Positions 7,998 through 15,659 of a stretch of DNA of 64,000 nucleotides are shown piece after piece. Numbering within the stretch: position 1 is the first letter of the stretch; every line of letters starts with the position of its first letter. Made by a program: the position numbers and the translations under genes. The DNA comes from an uncultured Candidatus Saccharibacteria bacterium. Its GTDB lineage: Bacteria; Patescibacteriota; Saccharimonadia; Saccharimonadales; JAUPVS01. The DNA lies in contig CAZVKH010000004.1 in the NCBI GenBank assembly GCA_964627095.1, positions 2,886 to 66,885 on the forward strand. The letters are read 5' to 3'. The notes under the pieces were generated by a model. That model ran no database searches, was not told the origin of the DNA, and worked only from the letters and a program-made list of their open reading frames with translations.

Positions 7998-9773
7998 TTA
8001 GCTTTTTGGCGTCACGTTAAAGTTATTAATTAGCATGTTGGTCATGTCAACAAACATCGGTGCGGCCGCCTTAGAACCGGCATAACCGGGTATCTTGGGC
8101 TCGTTAACTCTGGTAACAATTATATACTGCGGTTTATCGCCGCCCACAAAACCGGTAAAGGTACCGTTAAACTTATCTTCGTAGTAGCCACCACCGGGCT
8201 TGGCTATCTGAGCCGTACCAGTTTTACCACCAATGCTATAACCGGCCGGCAAACGCGGCATGCCATAGCCAACATGATTCTTTTCAAAACTGTACTGCAT
8301 AATTTCTTTAATTGTCTGGCTAACATCTGGCTTGACCACGCCAGCCTTTACCACCGTAGGCTTTTGCTGCACCAGCTGATTATCTTTATTCATGTAGCCA
8401 TCGACCAAGTGTGGCTTGTAGTAGGTGCCGCCGTTAACCACACTGGCCAGAGCGCCAGCCATCTGTAGTGGCGTCGCCGTCATACCCTGCCCAAAGGCGG
8501 TGTTAGCATATTGCAAGTTTAAGCCGTAACCATCGTTTGGATCAGGTATTGTGCCGGCTGTTTCGTAACCCTGCTCAATACCGGTCTGCTTACCAAACTG
8601 GTAGCGATCAACCATGTAACCGTGCCAGGTCTGACGTGCCTTTTGGTTAACTTGGCCCCCACCCATCTGCATCAAAAGCCACGTCGCACCGGTGTTAAGC
8701 GACAGTTGGATAATGTCAGAAACCGACCGCGTGCCAGCCCCACCGTCTTCTTCGATATTAGTAATCTTATAGCCGTCGATGTCGTAAAAACTGGGGTCAA
8801 AATAGGTCGTCTCGCGCTTAACCACACCCTGATCCAGGGCGGCGGCAGCGGTTAGCGGCTTCATACTAGAGCCCACCTCCAGCGCCGAACTAACCGATGC
8901 ATTAGTAAAGACGTTGGCATCTTCGACCTTAGAAAAATCGGCCGGGCTGTAAGTTGGGAAGCTAGCCATGGCTAAGATGGCGCCGGTATTAGGATCCATT
9001 ATCATGGCATCACCCGACTTCGACTTAGCCCGCTCTAAACCAGCCTTGAGGTTGTCCTCGAGTTGTTTTTGCATGGCGATATCAATGCTCAGCACCACCC
9101 GCTTACCGGCTTGGGCTTCTTTAACAATATTATCTTTATTGGCCACCAATGGAATGCCTCGGGCGTCGGTTATGGCTCGCAATTCGCCCGCCTGGCCTTT
9201 CAGCTGGCTATCTAAGGCCTGTTCTAGCCCGTACTTGCCTTCTCCTTCGTCATTCACAAAACCAAGCAGCTGAGCGGCTAATTGGCCCTGCGGATAAGTC
9301 CGATAGGTCGTCTCGCGCGTGCCAACACCTTTGAGCTTGAGCTTCTCTACCTTGGCGCGCTGTTCTTTATTAAGTTTTTTAGCCAGAACTGAGTAACGGC
9401 TGTTTACCTTCATCTGTTTCTCGTAATAACTGGCGTCGCCACCGATGGCATCAGCAATCTGGTGAGCATCTTTCCAGGCATCTTTCACGTACTTGGGGTC
9501 AGCAAACAAAGTATAGAGTTTTTGGTTCAAGACAACCGGCACTACCGTATCGCCGTCGTGGGCGGCAATCACTCCCCGCTCGGCCGGGATTTGGTACTCC
9601 TTTAACTGGCTGTTCATAGCCAATTGGCGATAGTAGTCGTGTCGAATGACCTGTAAGTAAAAGGCTCTTAAGATAAAGACCGCCGCCACAAGCAAAAAAA
9701 CGCTATACCATAAACGTAAGCGTTGCACGGCAGGATTGCTACCGGTGGAAGGCATGGGGCTGCGTGGATGCAT
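7998..9773 (-). CDS. ftsI: class B penicillin-binding protein (FtsI-type transpeptidase)
   Basis: N-terminal TM followed by transpeptidase motifs SSMKP (SxxK), SLN (SxN) and KTGTA (KTG), in the dcw position after ftsL. Confidence 0.85.
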   Translation of the reverse strand: MHPRSPMPSTGSNPAVQRLRLWYSVFLLVAAVFILRAFYLQVIRHDYYRQLAMNSQLKEYQIPAERGVIAAHDGDTVVPVVLNQKLYTLFADPKYVKDAWKDAHQIADAIGGDASYYEKQMKVNSRYSVLAKKLNKEQRAKVEKLKLKGVGTRETTYRTYPQGQLAAQLLGFVNDEGEGKYGLEQALDSQLKGQAGELRAITDARGIPLVANKDNIVKEAQAGKRVVLSIDIAMQKQLEDNLKAGLERAKSKSGDAMIMDPNTGAILAMASFPTYSPADFSKVEDANVFTNASVSSALEVGSSMKPLTAAAALDQGVVKRETTYFDPSFYDIDGYKITNIEEDGGAGTRSVSDIIQLSLNTGATWLLMQMGGGQVNQKARQTWHGYMVDRYQFGKQTGIEQGYETAGTIPDPNDGYGLNLQYANTAFGQGMTATPLQMAGALASVVNGGTYYKPHLVDGYMNKDNQLVQQKPTVVKAGVVKPDVSQTIKEIMQYSFEKNHVGYGMPRLPAGYSIGGKTGTAQIAKPGGGYYEDKFNGTFTGFVGGDKPQYIIVTRVNEPKIPGYAGSKAAAPMFVDMTNMLINNFNVTPKS

Positions 9774-9785
9774 AGGCTAAAGGGT

Positions 9786-10133
9786 CTAGTTTTGTACGGT
9801 AGCAGATGGAGCGACCGAAACCAAGTTCTTGGCAGCTTCGCTGGCCTGAACGCGGTCCAAGGCCTGCAAACGAGCGGCGGCCACTTCTAGGTCATCGTGC
9901 TCTTCTTTTAACTGTGACTGCTGATCCTGAAGGTTGTTGATCTTATAACCGTAGGCGTTGGTCTTGGTTACCTGGGTCAGGTACAACAAGCCCAAAACAC
10001 AGGCCAAAACAATCAAAATAATGGTGTTGCTAACCGGACCAATCGTGCGGCCCTTCTGCTGAAAACTAGTGCTGTTTTGGTTGCGTTGACCAAACCGTTG
10101 TCGGTTAGTCGCCAAAGTACTGGAGTATGTCAT
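9786..10133 (-). CDS. ftsL: FtsL/DivIC-like septum formation protein
   Basis: 115 aa with one TM (IILIVLACVLGLLYL) followed by a coiled-coil segment (NNLQDQQSQLKEEHDDLEVAAARLQ). It lies between rsmH and ftsI. Confidence 0.5.
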   Translation of the reverse strand: MTYSSTLATNRQRFGQRNQNSTSFQQKGRTIGPVSNTIILIVLACVLGLLYLTQVTKTNAYGYKINNLQDQQSQLKEEHDDLEVAAARLQALDRVQASEAAKNLVSVAPSATVQN

Positions 10134-10178
10134 GTTTTATCTTTTGTTTTAGTTTTTAGTATTTCGAAGTTTTATTTT

Positions 10179-10247
10179 GGAAGCCCGGGCGAACCCGGGA
10201 CTTCCGCTACAAAGCGTTGTTAAAGAACTTTAACGCGGACTTTGTAG
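10179..10247 (-). promoter_or_regulatory. two adjacent stable hairpins in the rsmH-ftsL intercistronic spacer
   Basis: The first hairpin spans 10179-10205 and reads GGAAG(U)CCCGGG-UUCG-CCCGGGCUUCC on the mRNA strand. The second spans 10207-10247, with CUACAAAG..CUUUGUAG enclosing GUUAAAG-UU-CUUUAAC. Confidence 0.55.
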
Positions 10248-10298
10248 GCTCGGGAGCTACTTTTTACCTGGATTGGCATGTATTTCCCTTTCTTTTTT

Positions 10299-11180
10299 TT
10301 ATTTTTTCGCTGCGGCTCGGAGTTTTGCACTCCGGGCGCGCGGATTAATAACAATTTCGGCGTCGCTGCCACTTACCGGCTTCTTGGTAAGCAACTCAAT
10401 TCGAGCTTCGTAGCCTTCAGCGTATTCGGCCAGGGTGCGCTTAACGACGCGATCCTCTAGGCTATGAAAACTGATGACGGCCAATCGGCCTCCTGGCTTA
10501 AGCAGGTCTATCCACAGTGGTAACGCTTGTTCCAGTAAGTTCAGTTCGTCATTAACGACGATCCGAATAGCCTGAAAACTGCGCGTTGCCGGATGAACCT
10601 TACTGTGGCCCGGCCAGGCCTTGGCGACAACCTTGGCGAGCTCGGTGGTGGTGCGGAACGGTCGGTTCTGCACAATCAACCGGGCAATCTGACGCGATTT
10701 GGGTTCTTCCCCAAAGCGCCACAAGATGTCGGCCAGCTCAACTTCGCTATAGCTGTTGACGACGTCGGCAGCAGACAAGGCTTGGCTTTGATCCATGCGC
10801 ATGTCTAAGGCTGCTTCGTTGACAAAGCTAAAGCCGCGACTAGTGATGTTAAGGTGCGGCGACGATACGCCCAGATCGGCCAGTACCATGTCGTACTGTT
10901 CGTCAGCGTCGGCTAGTTGTTGACTGGCCTGCAGAAAATCGCTGTGGATTACCTTGGCGCCCTGTTTAACCAGTGGCTCTAAGGCGGCGATTGCCTGGCT
11001 GTCGCGATCGACCAAGCACATCCCTGCTGGGTTGCCCGTTTTTTCTAACACGGCTTTAGCGTGCCCACCGTAACCGGCGGTCATGTCTACGTAGCTGTCA
11101 CCGGCCTGGGGAGCCAGATATTGCAGCACCGCGTCTAACAAGACGGGTATATGTTCTTGGTTGTTTGGATCGTCTACCAT
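10299..11180 (-). CDS. rsmH: 16S rRNA (cytosine1402-N4)-methyltransferase RsmH
   Basis: Motifs HIPVLLDAVL, DMTAGYGGHA, DLGVSSPHL and ISFHSLEDRVVK. Confidence 0.9.
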   Translation of the reverse strand: MVDDPNNQEHIPVLLDAVLQYLAPQAGDSYVDMTAGYGGHAKAVLEKTGNPAGMCLVDRDSQAIAALEPLVKQGAKVIHSDFLQASQQLADADEQYDMVLADLGVSSPHLNITSRGFSFVNEAALDMRMDQSQALSAADVVNSYSEVELADILWRFGEEPKSRQIARLIVQNRPFRTTTELAKVVAKAWPGHSKVHPATRSFQAIRIVVNDELNLLEQALPLWIDLLKPGGRLAVISFHSLEDRVVKRTLAEYAEGYEARIELLTKKPVSGSDAEIVINPRARSAKLRAAAKK

Positions 11181-11218
11181 TTTGTTTTTGTTTTGGTGTT
11201 TGTTGTTAACAAGGTCAC

Positions 11219-11432
11219 CTAATTGGTAATCAGCTTTTTGTTTTTTGTTTGGAACGTTTTTGTTTTTTTAGCTGTTATTTGAAAGACGTGTGGTGTAGGT
11301 TGCCCTACGTACTTCTTCTAAATAACCGTTTTGAGAGAGACTTATGTGTGAGGTGGAGTTTTGGGAGGTGTTTTGATAAAGGTGCGAGGATTTATTTGAG
11401 TGAATCCCGGATCACTGCTGATTACCAATTAG
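11219..11432. repeat. 16-bp perfect inverted repeat enclosing 182 bp in the mraZ-rsmH spacer
   Basis: CTAATTGGTAATCAGC at 11219-11234 and its reverse complement GCTGATTACCAATTAG at 11417-11432. The interior holds further nested hairpins (GTTATTT..AAATAAC, GTAGG-TTGC-CCTAC, GGATT..AATCC). Confidence 0.8.
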
Positions 11433-11498
11433 CTAACCTCGAGACTTATGCTCGATGTCATTTGAATGCTATTTGTTAAAGAACTGAACAGCGGCCGC

Positions 11499-11849
11499 TT
11501 AGGCTGCTTTCAAACGCCAATACTTGCCGGCCCGCACTGCCACTACTTTCTGGGTAATCCCAGCGTAGTCCAGTAAATGCTGTTCAAGCGTGATGCGGCC
11601 CTGCTTTTGATCGAGCTCGTTATCACACTTTCCCATCCTGAACTGCACGTTCAGATCGGCGGTTCGCTCATCCAGGATATTACCTTGGAGTTGCGGTTCA
11701 ACTTCTTCATCCCATACCTTTTTGGGGTACAGGTGCAGGTACTTCTGGAAACCTTGGGTAATGACTACTCCGGTTAAAAACTCGTGACGCAATTCGGCTG
11801 GAATAGTCAGCCTCCGCTTGTCATCAAGTTTCCTTTCGAAATAATCCAC
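11499..11849 (-). CDS. mraZ: transcriptional regulator MraZ
   Basis: Two SpoVT/AbrB-like half motifs, LDDKRRLTIPAELR and DQKQGRITLEQHLLDYAGI. GTG start preceded by an AAGAGGAA SD. First gene of the dcw cluster. Confidence 0.8.
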   Translation of the reverse strand: MDYFERKLDDKRRLTIPAELRHEFLTGVVITQGFQKYLHLYPKKVWDEEVEPQLQGNILDERTADLNVQFRMGKCDNELDQKQGRITLEQHLLDYAGITQKVVAVRAGKYWRLKAA

Positions 11850-11923
11850 CGTGGTTCCTCTTTTACCTGAACGTTGAACATAAATTGTGTGTTTGTTTTG
11901 TGGAGCGATAACCAGCTTTTTGG

Positions 11924-11978
11924 TTACCCACTTTTACCCACTGACCTGAATATACTACCCACCCTTACCCACACGCAA
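11924..11978 (-). promoter_or_regulatory. predicted MraZ operator (4 phased GTGGGTA boxes) overlapping the mraZ promoter
   Basis: The plus strand carries TTACCCAC at 11924, 11934 and 11965, and CTACCCAC at 11955, giving spacing of 10/21/10 bp. A TTGCGT (-35, 11978..11973) and TATATT/TAGTAT (-10, 11957..11949) flank or overlap the boxes. Confidence 0.65.
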
Positions 11979-12034
11979 CCCCTTTCCTTCCTTTTTATAG
12001 ATAAAGTACCTAAAGTTATCCACAGTTGTGTCAT

Positions 12035-12064
12035 CAAACAAAAACACCACACTAGGTGTGGTGT
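12035..12064 (-). terminator. rho-independent terminator after the LysM-like gene
   Basis: On the minus strand, ACACCACAC-CTA-GTGTGGTGT is followed by TTTTGTTTG. Confidence 0.7.
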
Positions 12065-12085
12065 CTATCGGACTTTTTTTGAACT

Positions 12086-12484
12086 TTATCGCTTTTCGGG
12101 CGGAACAGTCGTGGCTGGCGCCATAAGTGTGTCGCCGGCCATTAAGTCACCTTTAATCTGGTCGTCAAAGTTATGGGCACCAGCTCGGTAATCATGACCC
12201 TTTGGTGTATAGTCCATGGCAAGACTGTTAAAGGTGTCCCCAGGGTTAGCAGTGATTTCCACAAAAGCGTCTGGGTTCTCTCTGGCTTCTTCGGCTGTAG
12301 GAACTTCGGTTTGGCGAGCCTCGTTGATATCACCAACTCGGTTCGCTACAACGCCGGTAGCAGCAGCTACTGCACTGGCCATCAAGACTGCGTTCCAGAC
12401 TTTGCGACCACGGCTAATGTCTTCACTGACGCGTGAGCTACGTGCGTTTGGGTTGTTGGCTGGGTTTTCGTGTGATGCGATCAT
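12086..12484 (-). CDS. membrane-anchored LysM-like protein
   Basis: One TM (VWNAVLMASAVAAATGVVA) and a C-terminal LysM-like pattern, PGDTFNSLAMDY...LMAGDTLMAP. Start set at ATG 12484, 7 nt after the -10 box TAGTAT. A terminator follows at 12035-12064. Confidence 0.45.
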   Translation of the reverse strand: MIASHENPANNPNARSSRVSEDISRGRKVWNAVLMASAVAAATGVVANRVGDINEARQTEVPTAEEARENPDAFVEITANPGDTFNSLAMDYTPKGHDYRAGAHNFDDQIKGDLMAGDTLMAPATTVPPEKR

Positions 12485-12491
12485 AGCCAAC

Positions 12492-12520
12492 ATACTAGCA
12501 TAAGCTTTGTTATTTGTCAA
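12492..12520 (-). promoter_or_regulatory. promoter TTGACA-N17-TAGTAT, leaderless (N7 to ATG 12484)
   Basis: The minus strand reads TTGACAAATAACAAAGCTTATGCTAGTAT GTTGGCT ATG. It shares a 16-mer with the promoter at 27253-27281. Confidence 0.7.
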
Positions 12521-12555
12521 TAATGTTGGCTGGGCTAACAGAGGCTAAGCTGGGA

Positions 12556-13806
12556 CTAACGTAATTGCTTGATAAGTTCACCAAACCACTTGGCGCTGGG
12601 GCGCAAGCTACGCTTCATGCCATTTTTGCGGTCCACCGCTACTAGGCCAAATTTGGGCCACCAACCGGCTTCCCATTCAAAGTTGTCTAATAAACTCCAG
12701 TGGAAGTAGCCGCGCAGGTCAACACCTTCGCTCAGAGCCCGTTCCATGGCCACGACAGTTTCTTCGATCCACCAACGGCGGAATTGGTCGTGAGCGTCGG
12801 CCACACCGTTTTCGGTAATAAAGATGGGCTTTTTGTAGCGCGCCCAGGCCCTTAATAGTAACGGGTAGACTCCCTCGGGCTCCATGTACCAGCCCAGGTC
12901 ATTCAGCGGTACCTTGGGGTTATTGGGCTTAAAGTGCTGGTAGTAGTCGGTAAAGTAGTAGTTAATGCCAATAAAGTCCTGCTGGTGGCGAGTGCGCCGC
13001 AAGAACCACCAGTTCCAGGCATAGCGCATCACCTTGGTAGTTGATTCGTCGATAATGTTATGCGGTCGCTTAGCCTGAATATTACCTAGTTGGGCGGCAA
13101 TGCCAACCTGCAGGTGTGGGTGGGCCTTCTTGAGTAATTTATAAGACTGTTTGTGCGCCAGGTGCAGGTTCCTGTAACTGGTAAAGGCCTTCCAGAAGTT
13201 CTTTTCTTGTGGTGGCCGGGTGGCCGTTACGAAACCGAGGCTCATGTAGACATTGGGTTCGTTCAGGGTAACTATGTAACCCAGGTCAGCACCATATTCA
13301 TCGGATATTTTTTGGACGAACCTTAAAAAGTACTTGAGGTTGGCGCGTTTGGCAAAGGCGCCTTTGTCCTGGAACCAAGTTGGCACCGTCCAGTGCCAGA
13401 TATTTAAGAAAGGTTCGATCTTGCGACGGCGCAGTTCGGCCAAGTAGTCGCGGTAATGCGCCACGGCGGCTTCGTCCCACACCCCTTCTTCGGGTTCCAA
13501 GCGGGCCCATTCGATGCTAAAGCGGAAGGCATTCATGTTCATGCTCTCCAGTAGATCAAAATCTTCTTTGTAACGGCTGTAGTGATCGACACCCTTACCA
13601 GAGACATAGTTGTCGGGTTCGGTGGCCTGAGACTTGATGTCGTCCCAATTGGGCAGCCAGTTCAGACGCTTGGGGGCGGTGCCAGCCAGTTCCTTGGCGT
13701 GAGCCAGTTCCCACACCGTCCAGTCGTCGTGCAAGCCACCTTCGACCTGGTGTCCAGCCGTGCTGGCGCCCCAGTAAAAGGATTTTGGAAAGATCGGTTT
13801 AGGCAT
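12556..13806 (-). CDS. glycoside hydrolase family 1 beta-glucosidase
   Basis: N-terminal signature FPKSFYWGASTAGHQVEGG, acid/base TLNEPN and nucleophile ITENG. Confidence 0.85.
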   Translation of the reverse strand: MPKPIFPKSFYWGASTAGHQVEGGLHDDWTVWELAHAKELAGTAPKRLNWLPNWDDIKSQATEPDNYVSGKGVDHYSRYKEDFDLLESMNMNAFRFSIEWARLEPEEGVWDEAAVAHYRDYLAELRRRKIEPFLNIWHWTVPTWFQDKGAFAKRANLKYFLRFVQKISDEYGADLGYIVTLNEPNVYMSLGFVTATRPPQEKNFWKAFTSYRNLHLAHKQSYKLLKKAHPHLQVGIAAQLGNIQAKRPHNIIDESTTKVMRYAWNWWFLRRTRHQQDFIGINYYFTDYYQHFKPNNPKVPLNDLGWYMEPEGVYPLLLRAWARYKKPIFITENGVADAHDQFRRWWIEETVVAMERALSEGVDLRGYFHWSLLDNFEWEAGWWPKFGLVAVDRKNGMKRSLRPSAKWFGELIKQLR

Positions 13807-13811
13807 GGTTC

Positions 13812-14531
13812 TTACTTTACACCAGATGGCCGGAGCTTCATATAATAGTCACGCTCCTCTGGCGCCAAGCGTTCCAAGGCGTAGCGCAGCGCTGTTCGTG
13901 GCATGGTAGCACCGTACTGATCCAAGAAGTCACGCAGGGCGTCTTGGTTCTTTTTTCCAGCCTCGCGCAGCATCCAACCAACCGCCTTGTGCATCAGGTC
14001 GTGCTCGTCGCCCAACAGGATTTCGGCAAGCGCAAAGGTGTCGTCCAGCTGCCCGACCCGAATAAATTGCCAGGTGCTGACCATGGCAATACGCCTCTCC
14101 CATAAACTTTTGGAACGAGCCAGTTTGTACAGCGGGTCACGCGGCTTGTCCATCAGGTAGCCACCAACCACTTGGCGGCAGCTGACATCTACCAAGTCCC
14201 AGTTGTTGATGCGGTCGGTGCGGCGCAAATACAGGTTGTACAGATCTTGCTGTAGAACCGGATCCTTGGCGCGCCTGGCTTGCTCGGTCATGATAATAAC
14301 GGCCGCCAGGCGGTGCTCGTGGATGGGGCTTTCCAGCACTGTTTCGATTTCTTTCAGGTTTAAACCCCTAAAGTCAGCCGCCACTTTGCGTGTTACGGGA
14401 ACGGTGATGCCAATAAAGATGTCGCCTTCGCCGTACTGCCCCTTCCCCGTCTTAAAAAAGCGCTGGGCAAACTGGGCGGCGTGCGGATCGCCGCGCTTAT
14501 CGAGTTCGATCATAAGCAGAGTGGCTGTCAT
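13812..14531 (-). CDS. DNA alkylation repair protein (AlkD-like HEAT repeat family)
   Basis: FAQRFFKTGKGQYGEGDIFIGITVP, NNWDLVD and GWMLRE patterns typical of the DNA_alkylation family. Start set at ATG 14531, 6 nt after the TACAAT box. Confidence 0.7.
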   Translation of the reverse strand: MTATLLMIELDKRGDPHAAQFAQRFFKTGKGQYGEGDIFIGITVPVTRKVAADFRGLNLKEIETVLESPIHEHRLAAVIIMTEQARRAKDPVLQQDLYNLYLRRTDRINNWDLVDVSCRQVVGGYLMDKPRDPLYKLARSKSLWERRIAMVSTWQFIRVGQLDDTFALAEILLGDEHDLMHKAVGWMLREAGKKNQDALRDFLDQYGATMPRTALRYALERLAPEERDYYMKLRPSGVK

Positions 14532-14537
14532 GCAGCT

Positions 14538-14552
14538 ATTGTACGCTATAAT
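14538..14552. promoter_or_regulatory. back-to-back divergent leaderless promoters (AlkD-like / DUF1345)
   Basis: On the minus strand, TACAAT (14543..14538) lies N6 before ATG 14531. On the plus strand, TATAAT (14547-14552) lies N7 before ATG 14560. Confidence 0.6.
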
Positions 14553-14559
14553 GCTTATG

Positions 14560-15213
14560 ATGAAACTGGCGCGCATTCACCGCAAAACCGAACCAATCTG
14601 GCACGTTCAACTGGCCATAGGTGTGGCCATTGCCGTGCAACTCCTTCTTAACAAAAGTTTTGCGGTTGGCCCTCAGAACCTGTTAGCCGGCATTGAGCTA
14701 TTGTTGCTGATTGCGATTAGTATTCCGGGGCGCAAACTTCATAAACACAAGCCTTTGGTAATCCGTCATCTTCTGGCAATTATACTATTGGGAATTATCA
14801 CTGTTTCTAACATTTTGTCGCTGGTGTTGGTTAGCATCGACCTGATTAACGGGTCGTCGGCCGACGGCCACGACTTAATCTTTTCGGCGGTGGTAATATT
14901 TGCCACCAATATTGTTATTTTTGGCTTACTCTACTGGGAGCTCGACGAAGATACTGGTGACGAAGACCCCGACACCACCCGTGATTTCTTGTTTCATCAA
15001 CTCGTCTTGCCTGCCAGCATCACCAAACAACCCTACTGGAACCCAACCTTCTTTGACTACTTGTATGTTTCCATTACCAACGCCACCGCTTTCAGCCCGT
15101 CCGACACCTTCCCGCTAACTCACCGGGCCAAGTTACTTATGGCAATCCAGTCCTTAACTTCGCTCACAACCGTGGTACTGGTGGCATCACGAGCCATTGC
15201 CATTCTGCGCTAG
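14560..15213 (+). CDS. DUF1345-like integral membrane protein
   Basis: 4-5 TM helices and YLYVSITNATAFSPSDT resembling the DUF1345 signature. The track ORF 14203.. is an antisense extension over the AlkD-like gene. Start set at ATG 14560, 7 nt after TATAAT (14547-14552). Confidence 0.55.
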   Translation: MKLARIHRKTEPIWHVQLAIGVAIAVQLLLNKSFAVGPQNLLAGIELLLLIAISIPGRKLHKHKPLVIRHLLAIILLGIITVSNILSLVLVSIDLINGSSADGHDLIFSAVVIFATNIVIFGLLYWELDEDTGDEDPDTTRDFLFHQLVLPASITKQPYWNPTFFDYLYVSITNATAFSPSDTFPLTHRAKLLMAIQSLTSLTTVVLVASRAIAILR

Positions 15214-15654
15214 CTAGAGCTGTCGACTATCGTAAGCCCAGTGCAATAAGGCCTGCCGTTGCTTGGTATGACAAGTGGCATCACCGGGGTGGCAAGCTTT
15301 TTTAACTTGCCCAACATGGCGGCGCATCGCCTTCCAGCGTTTAATTTGGCGTTCGTCCTCTTGAGGCAGCCGGCGACCCATGGTGTAGCGACAATACCAT
15401 TGGAACCAGCCCAAAGGATCTTCGTCGCTCAACCAGCCCTTCTCGGCCCAGACTTGATGTGACTGGCTGGCCATGACCCCAAAGTAGTTATAGTCCTTGG
15501 TCGGGCCTGCGGTACTCAGGCGGGCTTTGGCAAACCATTCTTTTGGGAATTCAGCCCGCTCTTCTTCGTTAAAATAGGCGCCGCCAAAGACGCCCAGCTC
15601 CAGCATCTGCTGGGGCGTGAGATCAGGTTTAAATTCATCGTAGATGGTCGGCAT
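15214..15654 (-). CDS. conserved hypothetical protein
   Basis: The 147-aa product has GVFGGAYF and PLGWFQWYCRYTMGRR..DERQIKRW motifs that I recognise as a recurring uncharacterised family but cannot name. Start set at ATG 15654. Confidence 0.5.
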   Translation of the reverse strand: MPTIYDEFKPDLTPQQMLELGVFGGAYFNEEERAEFPKEWFAKARLSTAGPTKDYNYFGVMASQSHQVWAEKGWLSDEDPLGWFQWYCRYTMGRRLPQEDERQIKRWKAMRRHVGQVKKACHPGDATCHTKQRQALLHWAYDSRQL

Positions 15655-15659
15655 ACTGT

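Noticed and set aside
11219-11432. Interpretation of the 16-bp inverted repeats as a MITE
   Set aside because: There is no target-site duplication at the flanks (..GTCAC / CTAAC..), and I found no second copy in this window. I kept it as a structural observation only.
12016-12024. Second perfect DnaA box TTATCCACA, upstream of the mraZ promoter
   Set aside because: It is a single isolated box with no neighbouring boxes or AT-rich unwinding element. Two perfect 9-mers in 64 kb is not far from chance expectation.
14203-14559. 5' part of track ORF 14203..15213 (336 aa)
   Set aside because: This stretch runs antisense through the well-supported AlkD-like gene and has no membrane-protein character. 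The DUF1345-like part starts only near 14560, which also has a TATAAT-N7-ATG promoter.
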